Positions 9,213-25,910 of a stretch of 64,000 bases of DNA are shown in pieces. Each line of letters begins with the position of its first letter. Within the stretch, counting starts at the first letter, position 1. Under the pieces are notes generated by a model. The model was given only the letters and a program-made list of their open reading frames with translations. It had not been told where the DNA came from and searched no databases. Made by a program: the position numbers and the translations under genes. This DNA is from Terriglobia bacterium. GTDB lineage: Bacteria; Acidobacteriota; Terriglobia; JAJPHL01; JAPKYU01. Location: the NCBI GenBank assembly GCA_965223005.1, contig CBDCVK010000010.1:192001-256000 (forward strand), in the 5' to 3' direction.

Positions 9213-10013
9213 TTAGCGGAATGAATGCAGTCCGCTCTCGGCGCTCCAGGTCACCACGGTGGCCAGAAAGCCGACGATGGCGAAGTAGGCGGCCTTGCGT
9301 CCCCGCCAGCCGGCCGTCCAGCGCGTGAAAATCAGGGCCAGGTAGATCAACCAAGTGACAAAGGACAGCGTCACCTTGGGGTCTAGCTGCCAGCCGCTAC
9401 CCCATTCGGCGGCGGCCCAGAGCGCCCCGCTAACGATCCCCAGCGTCATGAAGGGGAAGCCCAGCGCCAGGGTCTTGTGGCCCAAGTCGTCCAGTTGCTC
9501 CAGCGGTGGCAGGCGCTGGGACAGGGCCCGCGGCTTCTTGGATTTCAGTTCGCGCTCCTGGAGCAAGTACATCAGCCCGGCCACAAAGGTCACGAACAGA
9601 AGGGCAGAGCCGGCAAACAGCAACAGGACATGCACATACAGCCAGCCGCTGCGCAACACCGGGTTCTCCAGCCTCGGCGAGCTGACTAGCGTAGCTGAAA
9701 GCGTCAGCATGAACACAAGCGGGAACGTGAATACACTTAAGGCCTCGAATCGGTAGCGCCAGTACGCCAGAAGGAACGCGCAGGTGATGGAGAAGGCCAG
9801 CAAGGAGACCGACTGGTGAAAGTTGGTCGCTGGGAAATGCCCGATCGCCGCGGCCTCTTCCACCAGGGAAACCAGGTGGAAGACGGCGCCAAGCAAGATG
9901 GCGCCCAGCGCAAAGCGGAACAGCTTGGCCCGGCGAGTCAAGACAGTCAGCAGCGCATGCGCCAGACCCAGCGAGTACAGCACCAGAGATACACGCAGCC
10001 AGAACAAGCTCAT
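9213..10013 (-). CDS. Cytochrome c assembly protein (CcsA/HemX-like)
   Basis: Multi-TM; WL..HV, QER.LK.K, LP.LE.LD, SGALWA...WG..W..DPK, GWRGRKAA; first gene of the hemA-hemC run. Confidence 0.88.
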   Translation of the reverse strand: MSLFWLRVSLVLYSLGLAHALLTVLTRRAKLFRFALGAILLGAVFHLVSLVEEAAAIGHFPATNFHQSVSLLAFSITCAFLLAYWRYRFEALSVFTFPLVFMLTLSATLVSSPRLENPVLRSGWLYVHVLLLFAGSALLFVTFVAGLMYLLQERELKSKKPRALSQRLPPLEQLDDLGHKTLALGFPFMTLGIVSGALWAAAEWGSGWQLDPKVTLSFVTWLIYLALIFTRWTAGWRGRKAAYFAIVGFLATVVTWSAESGLHSFR

Positions 10014-10116
10014 CGGTAAGGCTCCCTGCGACCTCAATTATAGTCCAGGGCGCTCGGGTCCAGTTCAACCCCTACTCATAGGGATGCTGATAGAGGGATG
10101 CTGAAAGCGTGGCTCT

Positions 10117-10220
10117 TGTCATTCCGAGCAGAGCAAGGGATCTGCTTTTTCAGCCGCAATTGCTTGCCAAACGCGCAGATTTCGCGGGCCAACGCAGGGC
10201 GTCGACCGGCGGAAATGACA
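10117..10220. repeat. Degenerate REP-like inverted element (TGTCATTCCG...CGGAAATGACA)
   Basis: Terminal complementarity. A related half-element TTCCTCGCTCCGCTCGGGATGAC occurs near 21800. Confidence 0.55.
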
Positions 10221-10333
10221 TGCTGTCAGGTTCTTGGCGACCTGCTAATGTGGCCGGTTGGAAGCCCTGGGGAACCACTGTGAGCCAAGCAGTTCGTGAA
10301 CCTAGGGGATTGGCCCGGAGAGCCCGGACCCGG

Positions 10334-11143
10334 CTACAGCTTCAGCAGTTCTCGCAGGCGTTTGGTTTGGGCCCGGCTGACCGGAATCTCAGTCTGCTTG
10401 CGGTCGTCCATCCGCAGCATGTAACTGCTCTTGAACCAGGGCACGACCTCTTTGATCTTGTTGATGTTGAGCAGGTAGGAGCGGTGCACCCGCCAGAAGA
10501 TGTTGGGATCCAGCGCCTCCTGCAAGTCTTCGATCGTGCGGTAGTTGGAGATGCCTTCCAGGTTTTGAGTTACCACCGTGATCAGGCCATCCTCAATGGT
10601 GGTGTAAATGACCGCGCTGGAGTCGACCAGAAATAGCCGATTTTGCGCCTTCACCAGCAACTTGGTCGGCTGGGAAGCTTGAGCGTGCACGCTTTGCAGC
10701 AAGGCCTGGAGCCGTTCGGATGGGGTCGCCTGGGTTTCCAGGCGCGCCCAGGCGCGTTCGACCGCGCGGGCTAGGCGCGCTTTGTCGAAAGGCTTCAGCA
10801 GATAGTCCACCGCGTTGACTTCAAACGCCTGCACGGCGTACTGGTCGTAGGCGGTCGCAAAGATAATATGCGGGAGTTTCGCTTTCTTGGCGATCAGCTC
10901 CTTAATGACGCCGAAGCCGTCCAGACCGGGCATTTGCACGTCGAGAAACAGCAAGTCCGGCTCGTATTCCCGAATCAGCTTGACGGCCTCCAGCCCGTTC
11001 TGCCCCTGGGCCACCACCTCAATTTCCGGGTGCGCTTTGAGCAGGTAAGCTAGTTCTTCGCGTGCCAGTTGCTCGTCGTCGACGACCACGGTGGGGATGG
11101 TCGAAGGGGGTGCGCTCTTTTCTGTGTGCACGGGATTTTTCAT
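10334..11143 (-). CDS. LytTR-family response regulator (no adjacent kinase)
   Basis: VVDDE, FLDVQMPGLDG, FATAYDQYA, DYLLKP, F.RVHRSYLLN, IPVSR. Confidence 0.95.
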   Translation of the reverse strand: MKNPVHTEKSAPPSTIPTVVVDDEQLAREELAYLLKAHPEIEVVAQGQNGLEAVKLIREYEPDLLFLDVQMPGLDGFGVIKELIAKKAKLPHIIFATAYDQYAVQAFEVNAVDYLLKPFDKARLARAVERAWARLETQATPSERLQALLQSVHAQASQPTKLLVKAQNRLFLVDSSAVIYTTIEDGLITVVTQNLEGISNYRTIEDLQEALDPNIFWRVHRSYLLNINKIKEVVPWFKSSYMLRMDDRKQTEIPVSRAQTKRLRELLKL

Positions 11144-11474
11144 GTGCAGGCCCTCCCGGAGCCGCCAAAGCGGGTGATGGAAGCTAAAAGTATACTGGCA
11201 AAGGGAAAACCCGCACAAGGCAGAAAGCGGCAGCCGACCGGAAGCGGGCCCGGCAGAGGCCCCAGTCCCACCCAAAGTCGCGCCGGTTGCCTCTGGAAAC
11301 GGGGTAGAATCCGCCCGTATCAAGAATGAAACTTCGGAAGCTGAATCTTGTTTACCAACAGCGAGAAAGGACCTATTCTGTTTCGAGCCTAGGGGCGGAG
11401 TATGTCCGTGGTTGGGAGGCATAGTGCCGCTTTTGCCACATGGCTAGCAGGCACTCGTGAGGAGGTTCCGAAAA

Positions 11475-12456
11475 ATGGCACCAGCAGGTTTCCGGCTTCT
11501 GTGCCTGTGTCTCGTTATCTTGCTGAGTTCGCCGATGGTTCTGGCGCAGGTCGCGCCTACCTTGAGCTGCAGAGCCGAGCCGACCAAGGTGTATATCGGC
11601 GGGCCTATCACGCTGAGCTCCAGCAGCAGCGGCACGCTGACCTCCGTCTGGGGTACCACCGCCGGGCGCATCCAGGGCAGCGGGCCCACGGTGAAGCTCG
11701 ATACCACGGGCGTGGCGCCGGGGACCTACACGGCTACAGTGCGCGCCGACGATGGGCGGGGCGGCTTCGCCGACTGCACGGTTCACATCACGGTGGAGGC
11801 GCCTCCTCCTCCTAAGCCGCCTATCGTCACCTGCTCGGGCGACAAGACCTCGGTCAACACAGGGGAAGTGGTGAACCTGCAGGCCACCGCCTCCAGCCCC
11901 GACAACCGTCCGCTGAGCTACGACTGGACAGCGTTGGACGGGCAGATCGCAGGTAGCGGTGCTGCGGTCCGCTGGGACACCAGTGGTTTGCAGACTGGGA
12001 CTTACACCGCGACGACGCGGAGTGAGCGACGACCGCGGGCTGAGCGCCGACTGTACGGTTACCGTCGATGTGCAAGAGCCGCCTCCTCCGCCCGAGCCCG
12101 CCATGGTGAACGAGTGCGCCTTCCGGCGGAATTCGCCGCGTGTGGACAACGTTTGCAAAGCCATCCTGGACGACGCAGCCCTGCGCCTGCAAAGCGAGCT
12201 AGGGAGTCAGGCGGTGCTGGTCGGCGATCAGACTTCTCAGGAGAAGCGGCGGAATTTGGCCGCACAGCGGGCCAGCAACGTCAAGGCCTACATGGTGACC
12301 GAGAAGGGCATTGCCGCTGCCCGGATCCAGGTGCGCGTCAGTACCGAAGACGCCGGCAAGGTGCAAATCTGGCTGGTGCCACAGGGCGCCAGCTTAGCCG
12401 ATGTGCCCGGGAAGGCGGCGCCGGAGCAACCTGCGAAGAAGCGCCGGCGCAGGTAG
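11475..12456 (+). pseudogene. Secreted PKD/Ig-repeat plus OmpA-like C-terminal protein, frameshifted near 12021
   Basis: Signal peptide and two Ig-like repeats. Repeat 1 ends YTATVRADDGRG; repeat 2 reads YTATTR + 1 extra base + VSDDRG and continues in another frame to F.RNS.RVDNVCKAILDD.ALRLQ...LAAQRASNVKAY. Confidence 0.75.
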
Positions 12457-12527
12457 GGCCCACCCGCCAGTCCCACGACGAATGCTGATCACACCGCCGC
12501 GGTGGGGGTGGCCCTGCACCCTGGCGG

Positions 12528-14588
12528 GTGCCGCTCCCCGGGTTCTGTTATATTTACTCGTTCCAGAGGTCCGTGTTGCGCTCCCTCCCTGCCTGTTTGG
12601 TGTTGCTAGTGCTACTGTTGCCGGCCTCCGGGACGGCCCAGTGGAAACATATTGGCCCTTACGGTGGCGACGTGCGCACGCTGGCCGCCGACCCAGCCGA
12701 TTTCTCGCGGCTCTTCCTGGGAACCAGCAATGGACAAATCTACGCGTCCACCAACGCCGGGCGCTCCTGGGTCTGGTGGTCCCAGGTCGCACCCCGTGCG
12801 GGCTACGTGGTGGACGACATCCTGGTGGATGCCGCCGACCCGAAGGTGATGTACGTGGGCGCGTGGCGGGCTAGGGTCAACGGCGGTGGGGGCGTGTTCA
12901 AAAGTAGCGACAGGGGCCGCTCCTGGCGCGCGCTGCACGACATGGCTGGCCAAGCTGTGCGCGCTGTAGCCCAGGCCCGCCATCAGCCACGACTGCTGGT
13001 GGCCGGAACCTTGGACGGCGTCTTTCGCAGCGAGAACGCCGGCCGGTCCTGGGAGCGCATTTCACCTCCCTATCATCGGGATATCCGCAACATTGAGTCG
13101 CTGGCGCTGGATCCGAATGACCCACAGGTGATCTACGCCGGCACCTGGCACCTGCCCTGGAAAACTAACGACGGCGGCCGGATCTGGCGCTCGATCAAAA
13201 CCGGCATCATTGACGATTCGGATATCTTCAGCATCATGGTCGACTGGAGTAATCACCGCAGGGTGTTTGCTTCAGCCTGTTCGGGCATCTACCGGACGGA
13301 TTCGGCCGGCGCGGCGTGGCGGAAGATCCGGGGCATTCCCTATTCAGCGCGCCGGACCCGCGTGCTGCGTCAGGATCCGAGAAACCCGGTGGTGCTCTAC
13401 GCCGGCACCACCGAAGGCTTGTGGAAGACCGAGTCGGGAGGGCGCGGCTGGCAGCGTATGACTTCCTCCCGCTTGGCGATCAACGACATCCTGGTCGACC
13501 CGCGGGACCCTGCTCACCTGTTGCTGGGCACCGAGCGCGCCGGAGTGTTGGAATCCTTCGATAGCGGGAAGACCTTTCGCGCTTCCAACCAGGGGTTCTC
13601 CCACAGACGCGTCTCGGCGGCCGCCTTCGATCCGGCCAGTGGGCGGCTGTACGCGGCCGTGGTCCACGACCGGCAATATGGCGGTGTCTTCTTTAGCGAG
13701 GCCGGAGGTCTCTGGCGGCAACTTCAGGCCGGGCTGGAAGAGCGGGACGTCTCGGCGCTGGTGTACGCCCGCACAGCGGAAGGCGGGCGGCTGCTGGCCG
13801 GGCTGCCAAACGGCGTTGCGGTGCTCGACCTGGCGGCCAACCTGTGGTTACCCGTAGGGCGTGTGGTGGCGGGTTGGCAGCCACCTCTCACCCGCCGCGA
13901 CCGACAGGCCCGTCGGCCGCGCGTGAACTTGCCGCTGAAGACTGCCGTCCATGATTTCTTCCAGGGCGCCCCCGGCCAGCCGCTCTACGCGGCGACCAGT
14001 GCCGGCGTGTTTAAATCCGCCGATGCGGGAAGCACCTGGGAGGCTGTCTCCCCCAAGTTCAGCGCCACCGCCATCGCCGCCGAAGGCGACTTCCTCGTGG
14101 CCGGCACACAAACCGGACTGGACGTGTCGTTCACCGGCGGCCGCCACTGGTTTCACATCTACCTGCCCGTGGGAATTGATCTCGTGCATGTGAATGCCTT
14201 GGCACTCCACGGCAAACGCATCCTGGCGGCCCCCGGCTTTGGTCTGTTTCTCTCGGGAGACTCCGGTGCCAACTGGCAGAAGAAAGGTCAGGGGTTGCCC
14301 TATGGCGCCGTCTCCTCCGTGCGCCTGCACCCCGCTAACCCACACGAGGTGTATGCCACCTCACGCGTTACGGGCCGGGTCTACATTTCCCGCGACGGAG
14401 GCGACAGTTTTCACCCTTTGGGGCGGACCGGGTTAATGGGGAAGCATCTGGGGAGCCTGGAAATTCTGCCACGCAACAGCTCGCCGGATCACTTGCAACT
14501 GCTGCTGGCCTCCGAATCCCATGGCTTGTTTGTCCGCCCGTTGGCGCCCGTCGTCCCGGTCGCCGGGCCCGTGACTGCCGGTCAATAA
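12528..14588 (+). CDS. Secreted BNR/Asp-box beta-propeller (YCF48/VPS10-like)
   Basis: W..IGPYGGDVR.L followed by many S.D.G.SW/TW repeats. Confidence 0.85.
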   Translation: MPLPGFCYIYSFQRSVLRSLPACLVLLVLLLPASGTAQWKHIGPYGGDVRTLAADPADFSRLFLGTSNGQIYASTNAGRSWVWWSQVAPRAGYVVDDILVDAADPKVMYVGAWRARVNGGGGVFKSSDRGRSWRALHDMAGQAVRAVAQARHQPRLLVAGTLDGVFRSENAGRSWERISPPYHRDIRNIESLALDPNDPQVIYAGTWHLPWKTNDGGRIWRSIKTGIIDDSDIFSIMVDWSNHRRVFASACSGIYRTDSAGAAWRKIRGIPYSARRTRVLRQDPRNPVVLYAGTTEGLWKTESGGRGWQRMTSSRLAINDILVDPRDPAHLLLGTERAGVLESFDSGKTFRASNQGFSHRRVSAAAFDPASGRLYAAVVHDRQYGGVFFSEAGGLWRQLQAGLEERDVSALVYARTAEGGRLLAGLPNGVAVLDLAANLWLPVGRVVAGWQPPLTRRDRQARRPRVNLPLKTAVHDFFQGAPGQPLYAATSAGVFKSADAGSTWEAVSPKFSATAIAAEGDFLVAGTQTGLDVSFTGGRHWFHIYLPVGIDLVHVNALALHGKRILAAPGFGLFLSGDSGANWQKKGQGLPYGAVSSVRLHPANPHEVYATSRVTGRVYISRDGGDSFHPLGRTGLMGKHLGSLEILPRNSSPDHLQLLLASESHGLFVRPLAPVVPVAGPVTAGQ

Positions 14589-14705
14589 CCCTGGCCTCTA
14601 CCTGTCTTCTCGCCCACTCATTGAATTCAGCCTCGCGACAAGGAGGCGCTGCCAACAACTTTCCCTTACTCTGGCCTTTGGTCTGGGGAACCGAACGGGT
14701 GAGTA

Positions 14706-17252
14706 CTATTGTACGAGCGTCTTCGGGGGCTCGCTGCCGTTGCTGTTCTCTTCTTCTTCCGGAATCAGCGAGGCGGCAGCGATGCGGTCGCCTTCCTCCA
14801 TCCGCAGCAGACGAACGCCCTGGGTGGAACGCCCCGCCTGACGGATGTCGGCGGCTTCCAGGCGGATGATTTTGCCCTGCTGGGCGATGATCATCACCTC
14901 GGAGTCTTCTTGCACATTCAGGATGCTGACCACCTTGCCGTTGCGCTGAGTGGCTTTGACGTTGATGACACCCTTGCCGGCGCGCGACTGTAGCCGGTAT
15001 TCGCCTACCGGAGTGCGCTTGCCGAATCCGTTTTCGGTAACGGTCAAGATCAGGCAGGCCTCACGCTTCTGTCCCTCCTCTAAGCGGACGGCTTCCATGC
15101 CAATGAGGTAGTCGCGCGCGCGAAGGTTCATGGCGGTGACGCCCCGCGCCTGCCGCCCCATGTGCCGCACTTCCCCCTCCGGGAAGAGTATGGAGTAGCC
15201 TTCGCGAGAGGCCAGGAAAATGTGCTCACTGCCCGAGGTGATCTTGGCGCTGATCAACTCGTCCCCCTCATCCAGGGACATGGCAATGATGCCGCGCGCC
15301 ATCGGGTTGTCAAACTCGGTCAGGGCCGATTTCTTGATAACGCCTTCGCGAGACACCATCACCACGTACTTGTCGGGCTGGAATTCCTTGCCCACGTTGA
15401 GCAGCGCCGCCACCTTTTCCCCAGGCTGCATGTTCACCAGATTCGTGACGTGTTTGCCTTTGCCGGCCGTCCCCACGTCCGGGATCTCGTAAGGCTTGAG
15501 CCAGTACACTCTCCCCCCGGTTGTGAAGACCAGGATATAACTATGGGTGGAGGCAATGAAGAGGTGCTCGACAAAATCCTCCTCGCGGGTGCGCATGCCG
15601 ATTCGGCCCTTGCCGCCGCGAGTCTGGTACCGGTAAGTGGCAGTGGGAGTGCGCTTCAAGTAGCCGTTGTGAGTGACGGTGATGGCCACGTCTTCTTGGG
15701 CGACTAGGTCTTCCAGGGTGATTTCGGCCTGCTCATCCACGATCTGGGTCCGACGCGCGTCCCCAAACTGCTTCTGCACCTCGCGCAGTTCCTGCACGAT
15801 GACTCGCCGCACTACCTTCTCGCTGGCCAGGATTTCCAGGTAGGACTGGATGCGCTTTTGAATTTCGGCCAGTTCCGCCCGTATCTTTTCGCGCTCCATG
15901 GCGGTCAGCCGCTGCAGTTGCAGTTCCAGGATGGCGGTCGCCTGCCGTTCGGTGAACTGGAAGCGAGCCATGAGCTGCGCGCGCGCTTCCCGGGGCGCCT
16001 GGGCCGCCCGGATCAGCTTGATGATCGCGTCCAGGTGCTCCAGGGCCTTCTGGAAGCCCAGCAGAACGTGCTCGCGCTCGCGAGCTTTGCGCAGGTCGTG
16101 CTCGGTGCGTCGGCGCACTACCTCTACCCGGTGGTCAATGAACAGCTTCAGGGCCTCGATCAGGCCCAGTTCCTTGGGCTGCCCGTTCACTACCGCCAGC
16201 AGAATCATGTCGAAGCTGGTTTGCAGGTCGGTGTGCTTGTAGAGCTGGTTGAGAATGACCTCCGGCTGCTCGCCCCGCTTCAGTTCAAAGACGATGCGGA
16301 TTCCATCACGGTCGCTCTCATCACGGATATCGGAGATGCCCTCGATCCTCTTGTCCTGCACCAGTTGAGCCGCCTGCTTGATCAGCCGGGCCTTGTTCAC
16401 TTGATAGGGAATCTCGGTGGCGACGATCAGCTCCCGGTCCTTGCCGACACGCTCAATGGCGGCCTTGGCACGCATGACGTATTTGCCGCGTCCCCGCCGG
16501 TAACTTTCCAGGATCCCCGAGCGGCCATAGATGTAGGCGCCAGTGGGGAAGTCGGGCCCCGGCACAAGCTCGATGATTTTCTCCAAAGATGTGCCCGGTT
16601 TCTCCACCAGAGTCACCGTGGCCTCAATGATCTCCGACAGGTTGTGCGGGGGAATGTTGGTGGCCATGCCCACTGCGATGCCGGAAGCTCCGTTCACCAG
16701 CAGGTTGGGGAAGCGAGCGGGCAGGTATTGTGGCTCCAGGTGGGTTTCGTCGTAGGTGGGCCGGAAATCGACCGTTTCCTTATCAATGTCTTCCAACAGC
16801 AGTTCGCTCAGCCGAGCGAGGCGCGCCTCGGTATAACGGTCGGCAGCGGCCGGATCGCCATCAATCGAGCCGAAGTTGCCTTGGCCGTCCACCAGCGGGT
16901 AGCGCATGTTGAACCCCTGGGCCATGCGCACCAGGGCCTCGTAGATGGGTGAGTTGCCATGCGGATGGAAGTTGCCCATGGTCTCGCCGATGATCTTGGC
17001 GCACTTGCGGTAAGGCCGGTTGTGGTGCAGTCCCATCTCCAGCATGGCGTAGAGAATGCGCCGCTGCACCGGCTTCATGCCGTCGCGCACCTCCGGCAGC
17101 GCCCGGCCGATGATCACGCTCATGGCGTAATCCAGGTAGGAGCGCCGCATCTCCTCTTCGATGTTGATCGGCAGCAAGTTTTTGGGCGGCTGCCCCTGCC
17201 CGTCGCCGCCCAGGTTCGGAAGCTGCGGTTGCTGCGGGTCGTTGTCAGCCAT
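14706..17252 (-). CDS. gyrA: DNA gyrase subunit A
   Basis: [29 protein letters not shown], GyrA-box QTRGGKG, C-terminal pinwheel repeats. Confidence 0.97.
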   Translation of the reverse strand: MADNDPQQPQLPNLGGDGQGQPPKNLLPINIEEEMRRSYLDYAMSVIIGRALPEVRDGMKPVQRRILYAMLEMGLHHNRPYRKCAKIIGETMGNFHPHGNSPIYEALVRMAQGFNMRYPLVDGQGNFGSIDGDPAAADRYTEARLARLSELLLEDIDKETVDFRPTYDETHLEPQYLPARFPNLLVNGASGIAVGMATNIPPHNLSEIIEATVTLVEKPGTSLEKIIELVPGPDFPTGAYIYGRSGILESYRRGRGKYVMRAKAAIERVGKDRELIVATEIPYQVNKARLIKQAAQLVQDKRIEGISDIRDESDRDGIRIVFELKRGEQPEVILNQLYKHTDLQTSFDMILLAVVNGQPKELGLIEALKLFIDHRVEVVRRRTEHDLRKAREREHVLLGFQKALEHLDAIIKLIRAAQAPREARAQLMARFQFTERQATAILELQLQRLTAMEREKIRAELAEIQKRIQSYLEILASEKVVRRVIVQELREVQKQFGDARRTQIVDEQAEITLEDLVAQEDVAITVTHNGYLKRTPTATYRYQTRGGKGRIGMRTREEDFVEHLFIASTHSYILVFTTGGRVYWLKPYEIPDVGTAGKGKHVTNLVNMQPGEKVAALLNVGKEFQPDKYVVMVSREGVIKKSALTEFDNPMARGIIAMSLDEGDELISAKITSGSEHIFLASREGYSILFPEGEVRHMGRQARGVTAMNLRARDYLIGMEAVRLEEGQKREACLILTVTENGFGKRTPVGEYRLQSRAGKGVINVKATQRNGKVVSILNVQEDSEVMIIAQQGKIIRLEAADIRQAGRSTQGVRLLRMEEGDRIAAASLIPEEEENSNGSEPPKTLVQ

Positions 17253-17282
17253 GGAAAAGTCTCTTCACTTCGGTTTCGCGCC

Positions 17283-19814
<2,532 letters not shown>

Positions 19815-20118
19815 TCACAGGGATAGTTGTTGCGGGAACCAGGGGAGGCAAGCCGCAAGACCCTGTTCGCATACCAAATTAGGGTATCAGAACTAGTGCC
19901 GTTTTGCAAGCGTAACTATTTTAAGAATCAGTCAGTTAGTTGTCTTCCGGGAGGCCTGGAAGTTGCTTGTTTTCAACGCTTCCACGCCTCTGCGTTTTCG
20001 ACACTCATCGGGTGCCAGAAAATAAACATTTTCTAAGCAGAATGTTTGGCCGGACCGGTCCCGACGACAGCAAGCCCACAACGGCGCGAGCAAATGCGAT
20101 ATGCTCTTGCCGCTGCCG

Positions 20119-20619
20119 ATGAAGTTCTTTGTCGAGATGGAAGGACGGAAACGCGTGGTGGAAATCGAAACTCGCCAGGGGAGCCTTTGCCTGGCGGTGG
20201 ACGACGAGCCGCTGGAGGCCGACGCCGTGGAAATCGAGCCGGGAGTCTACTCGATCCTTTGCCGCGGGCGTAGCTTCCAGGTCAAGGTGGAGGAGATTGG
20301 CGGGCAACTCCAGGTCTACATCGTCGGGCAGCCCGGACCCTACCTTGTGGGACTTCGCGATCCGCGCCAGTGGCGGCGCGCCAGCGCCCTCGGCCACGTG
20401 GAAGGAAGCCAGGAGATAAGCTCCCCCATGCCCGGCAAGGTGGTGCGCCTACTCGTCGAGGAGCAGCAGACGGTGATGGCAGGTCAAGGTTTGTTGGTGG
20501 TGGAGGCGATGAAGATGCAGAACGAGGTCCGCTCCCCAAAAGCGGGCGTAGTCACGCAGATTTTGGCGCGCGCGGGCGCCACCGTCCACGCAGGGCAGCC
20601 TCTGGCTGTGGTGGAATGA
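20119..20619 (+). CDS. Biotin carboxyl carrier protein (stand-alone biotinyl-domain subunit)
   Basis: SPMPGKVV and EAMKMQNE motifs. Confidence 0.92.
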   Translation: MKFFVEMEGRKRVVEIETRQGSLCLAVDDEPLEADAVEIEPGVYSILCRGRSFQVKVEEIGGQLQVYIVGQPGPYLVGLRDPRQWRRASALGHVEGSQEISSPMPGKVVRLLVEEQQTVMAGQGLLVVEAMKMQNEVRSPKAGVVTQILARAGATVHAGQPLAVVE

Positions 20620-20656
20620 GCAGAAACGAATCAACCAGCCCCTGCCAGCAATCCCG

Positions 20657-21703
20657 TCATTCTTGCGCCGCACCCGACGCTTCCATGATCTGACGCGCTA
20701 AGTAGTTCACGACCTTCGATTGGTTGCGTGCGATTTCCATGTAGGCCTCGCGCAGCACCTGGCCTTTACGGTTCGCCAGCGCTTTGCGAATGTCTTGCTG
20801 GACCTCCGGGTCGGAGAGTTGGCGCTGGCCGGGGGCCTGACGATCCAGCAGCTTCAGGATGTAGTACGCATCGCGCGTGCGGACGACGCCGGAGATTTGC
20901 CCTGGCTCCAAGGAAAATATGGCCTGTCGGAGCTGCGGGTCAGCCTTTTCCAGCGCGGAAGCCGGAATGAACCCCAGGTCGCCGTTGTTGCGGGCGGTGT
21001 TGGTGTCCTCGGAAAACTCTTGGGCCAAGCGGGCGAAGTCCTCCCCGGCGCTCAGGCTTGCGGCGATGCGCTCCGCCTTCTGGCGCGCCTGCTCCTCTCC
21101 TCGGGCCTTGTCGTTCCTCAGGTTAGCCACCGGGACGTCGGCAGCTGGCGTCACCACGATTTGGGCCACGTGGAATCGCGTCTCCGGCACGTTGAAGCTG
21201 GCTTTGTTCTCCTCGTAGAAGCTGTCGATCTCTGCGTTGGGCACCCGGATCTTGGAGCGAATCTCTTTGTTGAACACCTTCTCCAGGCTCAATTGGCGGC
21301 GCAGGTCGTTTTTCAGATCTTCCACGGTCAGGCCGCGTTGCTTGAGTCGTGACTGGAATTCCTCCTCCGAGTACGGCCTCCCGCGTTCAGCGAACACGCT
21401 TTCCACTTCCGCGTCGCTGGCCAGCAGGTCCATCCGTTCGGCGCGCTGCAGCAGGATCTCGTTGTCGATCAAGGTGCGCAGGATCAGCAGGCGCTGGATC
21501 TGCTCCTGTTCGGCGGAGGGCTTCTGGTCGACTTCCAGCAGTTGGATCTGGTAAAACTTTTCCACCTCGGACGCCAGGATCGGGGCGCCGTTCACCTCCG
21601 CGAGCACGTGCTGGCCGGAGGGCCGTGTCCCGCATCCGCACAACAGCGCGGCCAGCGCCAGAAGGGCTAGGGTTCCCAATCTGGCAGGTTGCCTTACCAT
21701 CAC
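20657..21703 (-). CDS. SurA/PrsA-like parvulin peptidyl-prolyl isomerase, probable lipoprotein
   Basis: Lipobox-like LCG-C, A.VNG..I, F..LA..FSED, GDLGF. Confidence 0.9.
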   Translation of the reverse strand: MMVRQPARLGTLALLALAALLCGCGTRPSGQHVLAEVNGAPILASEVEKFYQIQLLEVDQKPSAEQEQIQRLLILRTLIDNEILLQRAERMDLLASDAEVESVFAERGRPYSEEEFQSRLKQRGLTVEDLKNDLRRQLSLEKVFNKEIRSKIRVPNAEIDSFYEENKASFNVPETRFHVAQIVVTPAADVPVANLRNDKARGEEQARQKAERIAASLSAGEDFARLAQEFSEDTNTARNNGDLGFIPASALEKADPQLRQAIFSLEPGQISGVVRTRDAYYILKLLDRQAPGQRQLSDPEVQQDIRKALANRKGQVLREAYMEIARNQSKVVNYLARQIMEASGAAQE

Positions 21704-21866
21704 AAGGTCATCTTACTGAGGTTTGCAAGAATGCAGTACCGAAAAGACGACGGCACTTCGTGCAGGCGCGCTTCCAGCAGCTTTCGATGTAACGCTGGGT
21801 TCCTCGCTCCGCTCGGGATGACGGGGAAAGAGCGAGTCACACTGCGCGCGGCTGAGGAGCCAAGCA

Positions 21867-21895
21867 TTGACAACATTCAGCCCACCCGCTACGCT
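21867..21895 (+). promoter_or_regulatory. Sigma70-type promoter for tRNA-Ala/tRNA-Ile
   Basis: TTGACA-N17-TACGCT. Confidence 0.6.
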
Positions 21896-21907
21896 GAAAG
21901 AGTCCTA

Positions 21908-21952
21908 AACAGAGTTGGCTGCCCGAACAGAGATGGTGCCAAACAGAGATGG
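21908..21952 (+). repeat. Three copies of AACAGAG(T/A)TGG in the tRNA leader
   Basis: Copies start at about 21908, 21926 and 21942. Confidence 0.6.
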
Positions 21953-22005
21953 CTGGAGAGGGTATCTCCGGCCAGAGCGACGGGCGGTTCGCTGAACCGG
22001 GGCTT

Positions 22006-22081
22006 GGGGCTGTAGCTCAGTTGGGAGAGCGCCTGACTTGCACTCAGGAGGTCGCCGGTTCGACCCCGGTCAGCTCCACCA
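22006..22081 (+). tRNA. tRNA-Ala(TGC)
   Basis: Cloverleaf, anticodon arm CCTGA-CTTGCAC-TCAGG, GTTCGA, encoded CCA. Confidence 0.97.
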
Positions 22082-22115
22082 GCGCAAAGCGCCGGGCAAA
22101 GTTCGGAGTGGACGT

Positions 22116-22192
<77 letters not shown>

Positions 22193-22264
22193 GGTTTTCA
22201 CAGGAGACCACAGTGAAGGGTCTCTATCGCCTTTTCTTGTCTCCCCCGATCCCCGACCTGGCAC

Positions 22265-22293
22265 TTGCGTTGACTTGCGAGGGAGGGTATAAT
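22265..22293 (+). promoter_or_regulatory. Sigma70-type promoter directly upstream of 23S, with boxA-like element near 22390
   Basis: TTGCGT-N17-TATAAT, then GATCTTTGACAA (boxA-like) about 100 bp downstream. Confidence 0.6.
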
Positions 22294-22501
22294 GAAAGAT
22301 TGCGGATTTGGATGCTGGCCGCTCTGAGAGAGTGGGTGGCATCGAGCGCCGCAAGGTGGCTCGTGGGGCAGTCGGCCGAGATCGGCTGCCGATCTTTGAC
22401 AACTGAATACGTAGGGTGAACAAGGAAGCCGGAAGTAGCGCATTGGACTCGCCCGGAGCTTGTACTTCCAACGGGAGGTACTGCTCGCGGGTAAATTTTA
22501 T

Positions 22502-25505
<3,004 letters not shown>

Positions 25506-25642
25506 ATAAGATTTACTCGGAGCAGCAGCCCGGGTAGTCCGTGCGACTGCCGGCTCCTGTTCGCCCTGCGTTTCAGTTGTAAAGGCTTGTGGCCGGTGGC
25601 TTGTAGTTGCACGAGCCACACGCGCTACGGGCAGAGCAAGTT

Positions 25643-25760
<118 letters not shown>

Positions 25761-25800
25761 GTAAGATGAGCGCCGCCGCAAAGCGGCGCGCAAAATAGCC

Positions 25801-25848
25801 GCAGCCCTGAGCTTTGAGTTCTCGAAGCTCAGGGCTGTCGTGTTTTTC
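25801..25848 (+). terminator. Rho-independent terminator of the rRNA locus
   Basis: GCAGCCCTGAGCTTTGAG / CTCGAAGCTCAGGGCTGT stem followed by a T-run. Confidence 0.75.
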
Positions 25849-25910
25849 ACCCACCCCGGTGCATCAGTTCAGGTACGGCAACCTGAGGGAATTTCCCGCA
25901 CTGTGCCCTA

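Noticed and set aside
12010-12030. Programmed ribosomal frameshift
   Set aside because: No slippery heptamer or homopolymer is present.
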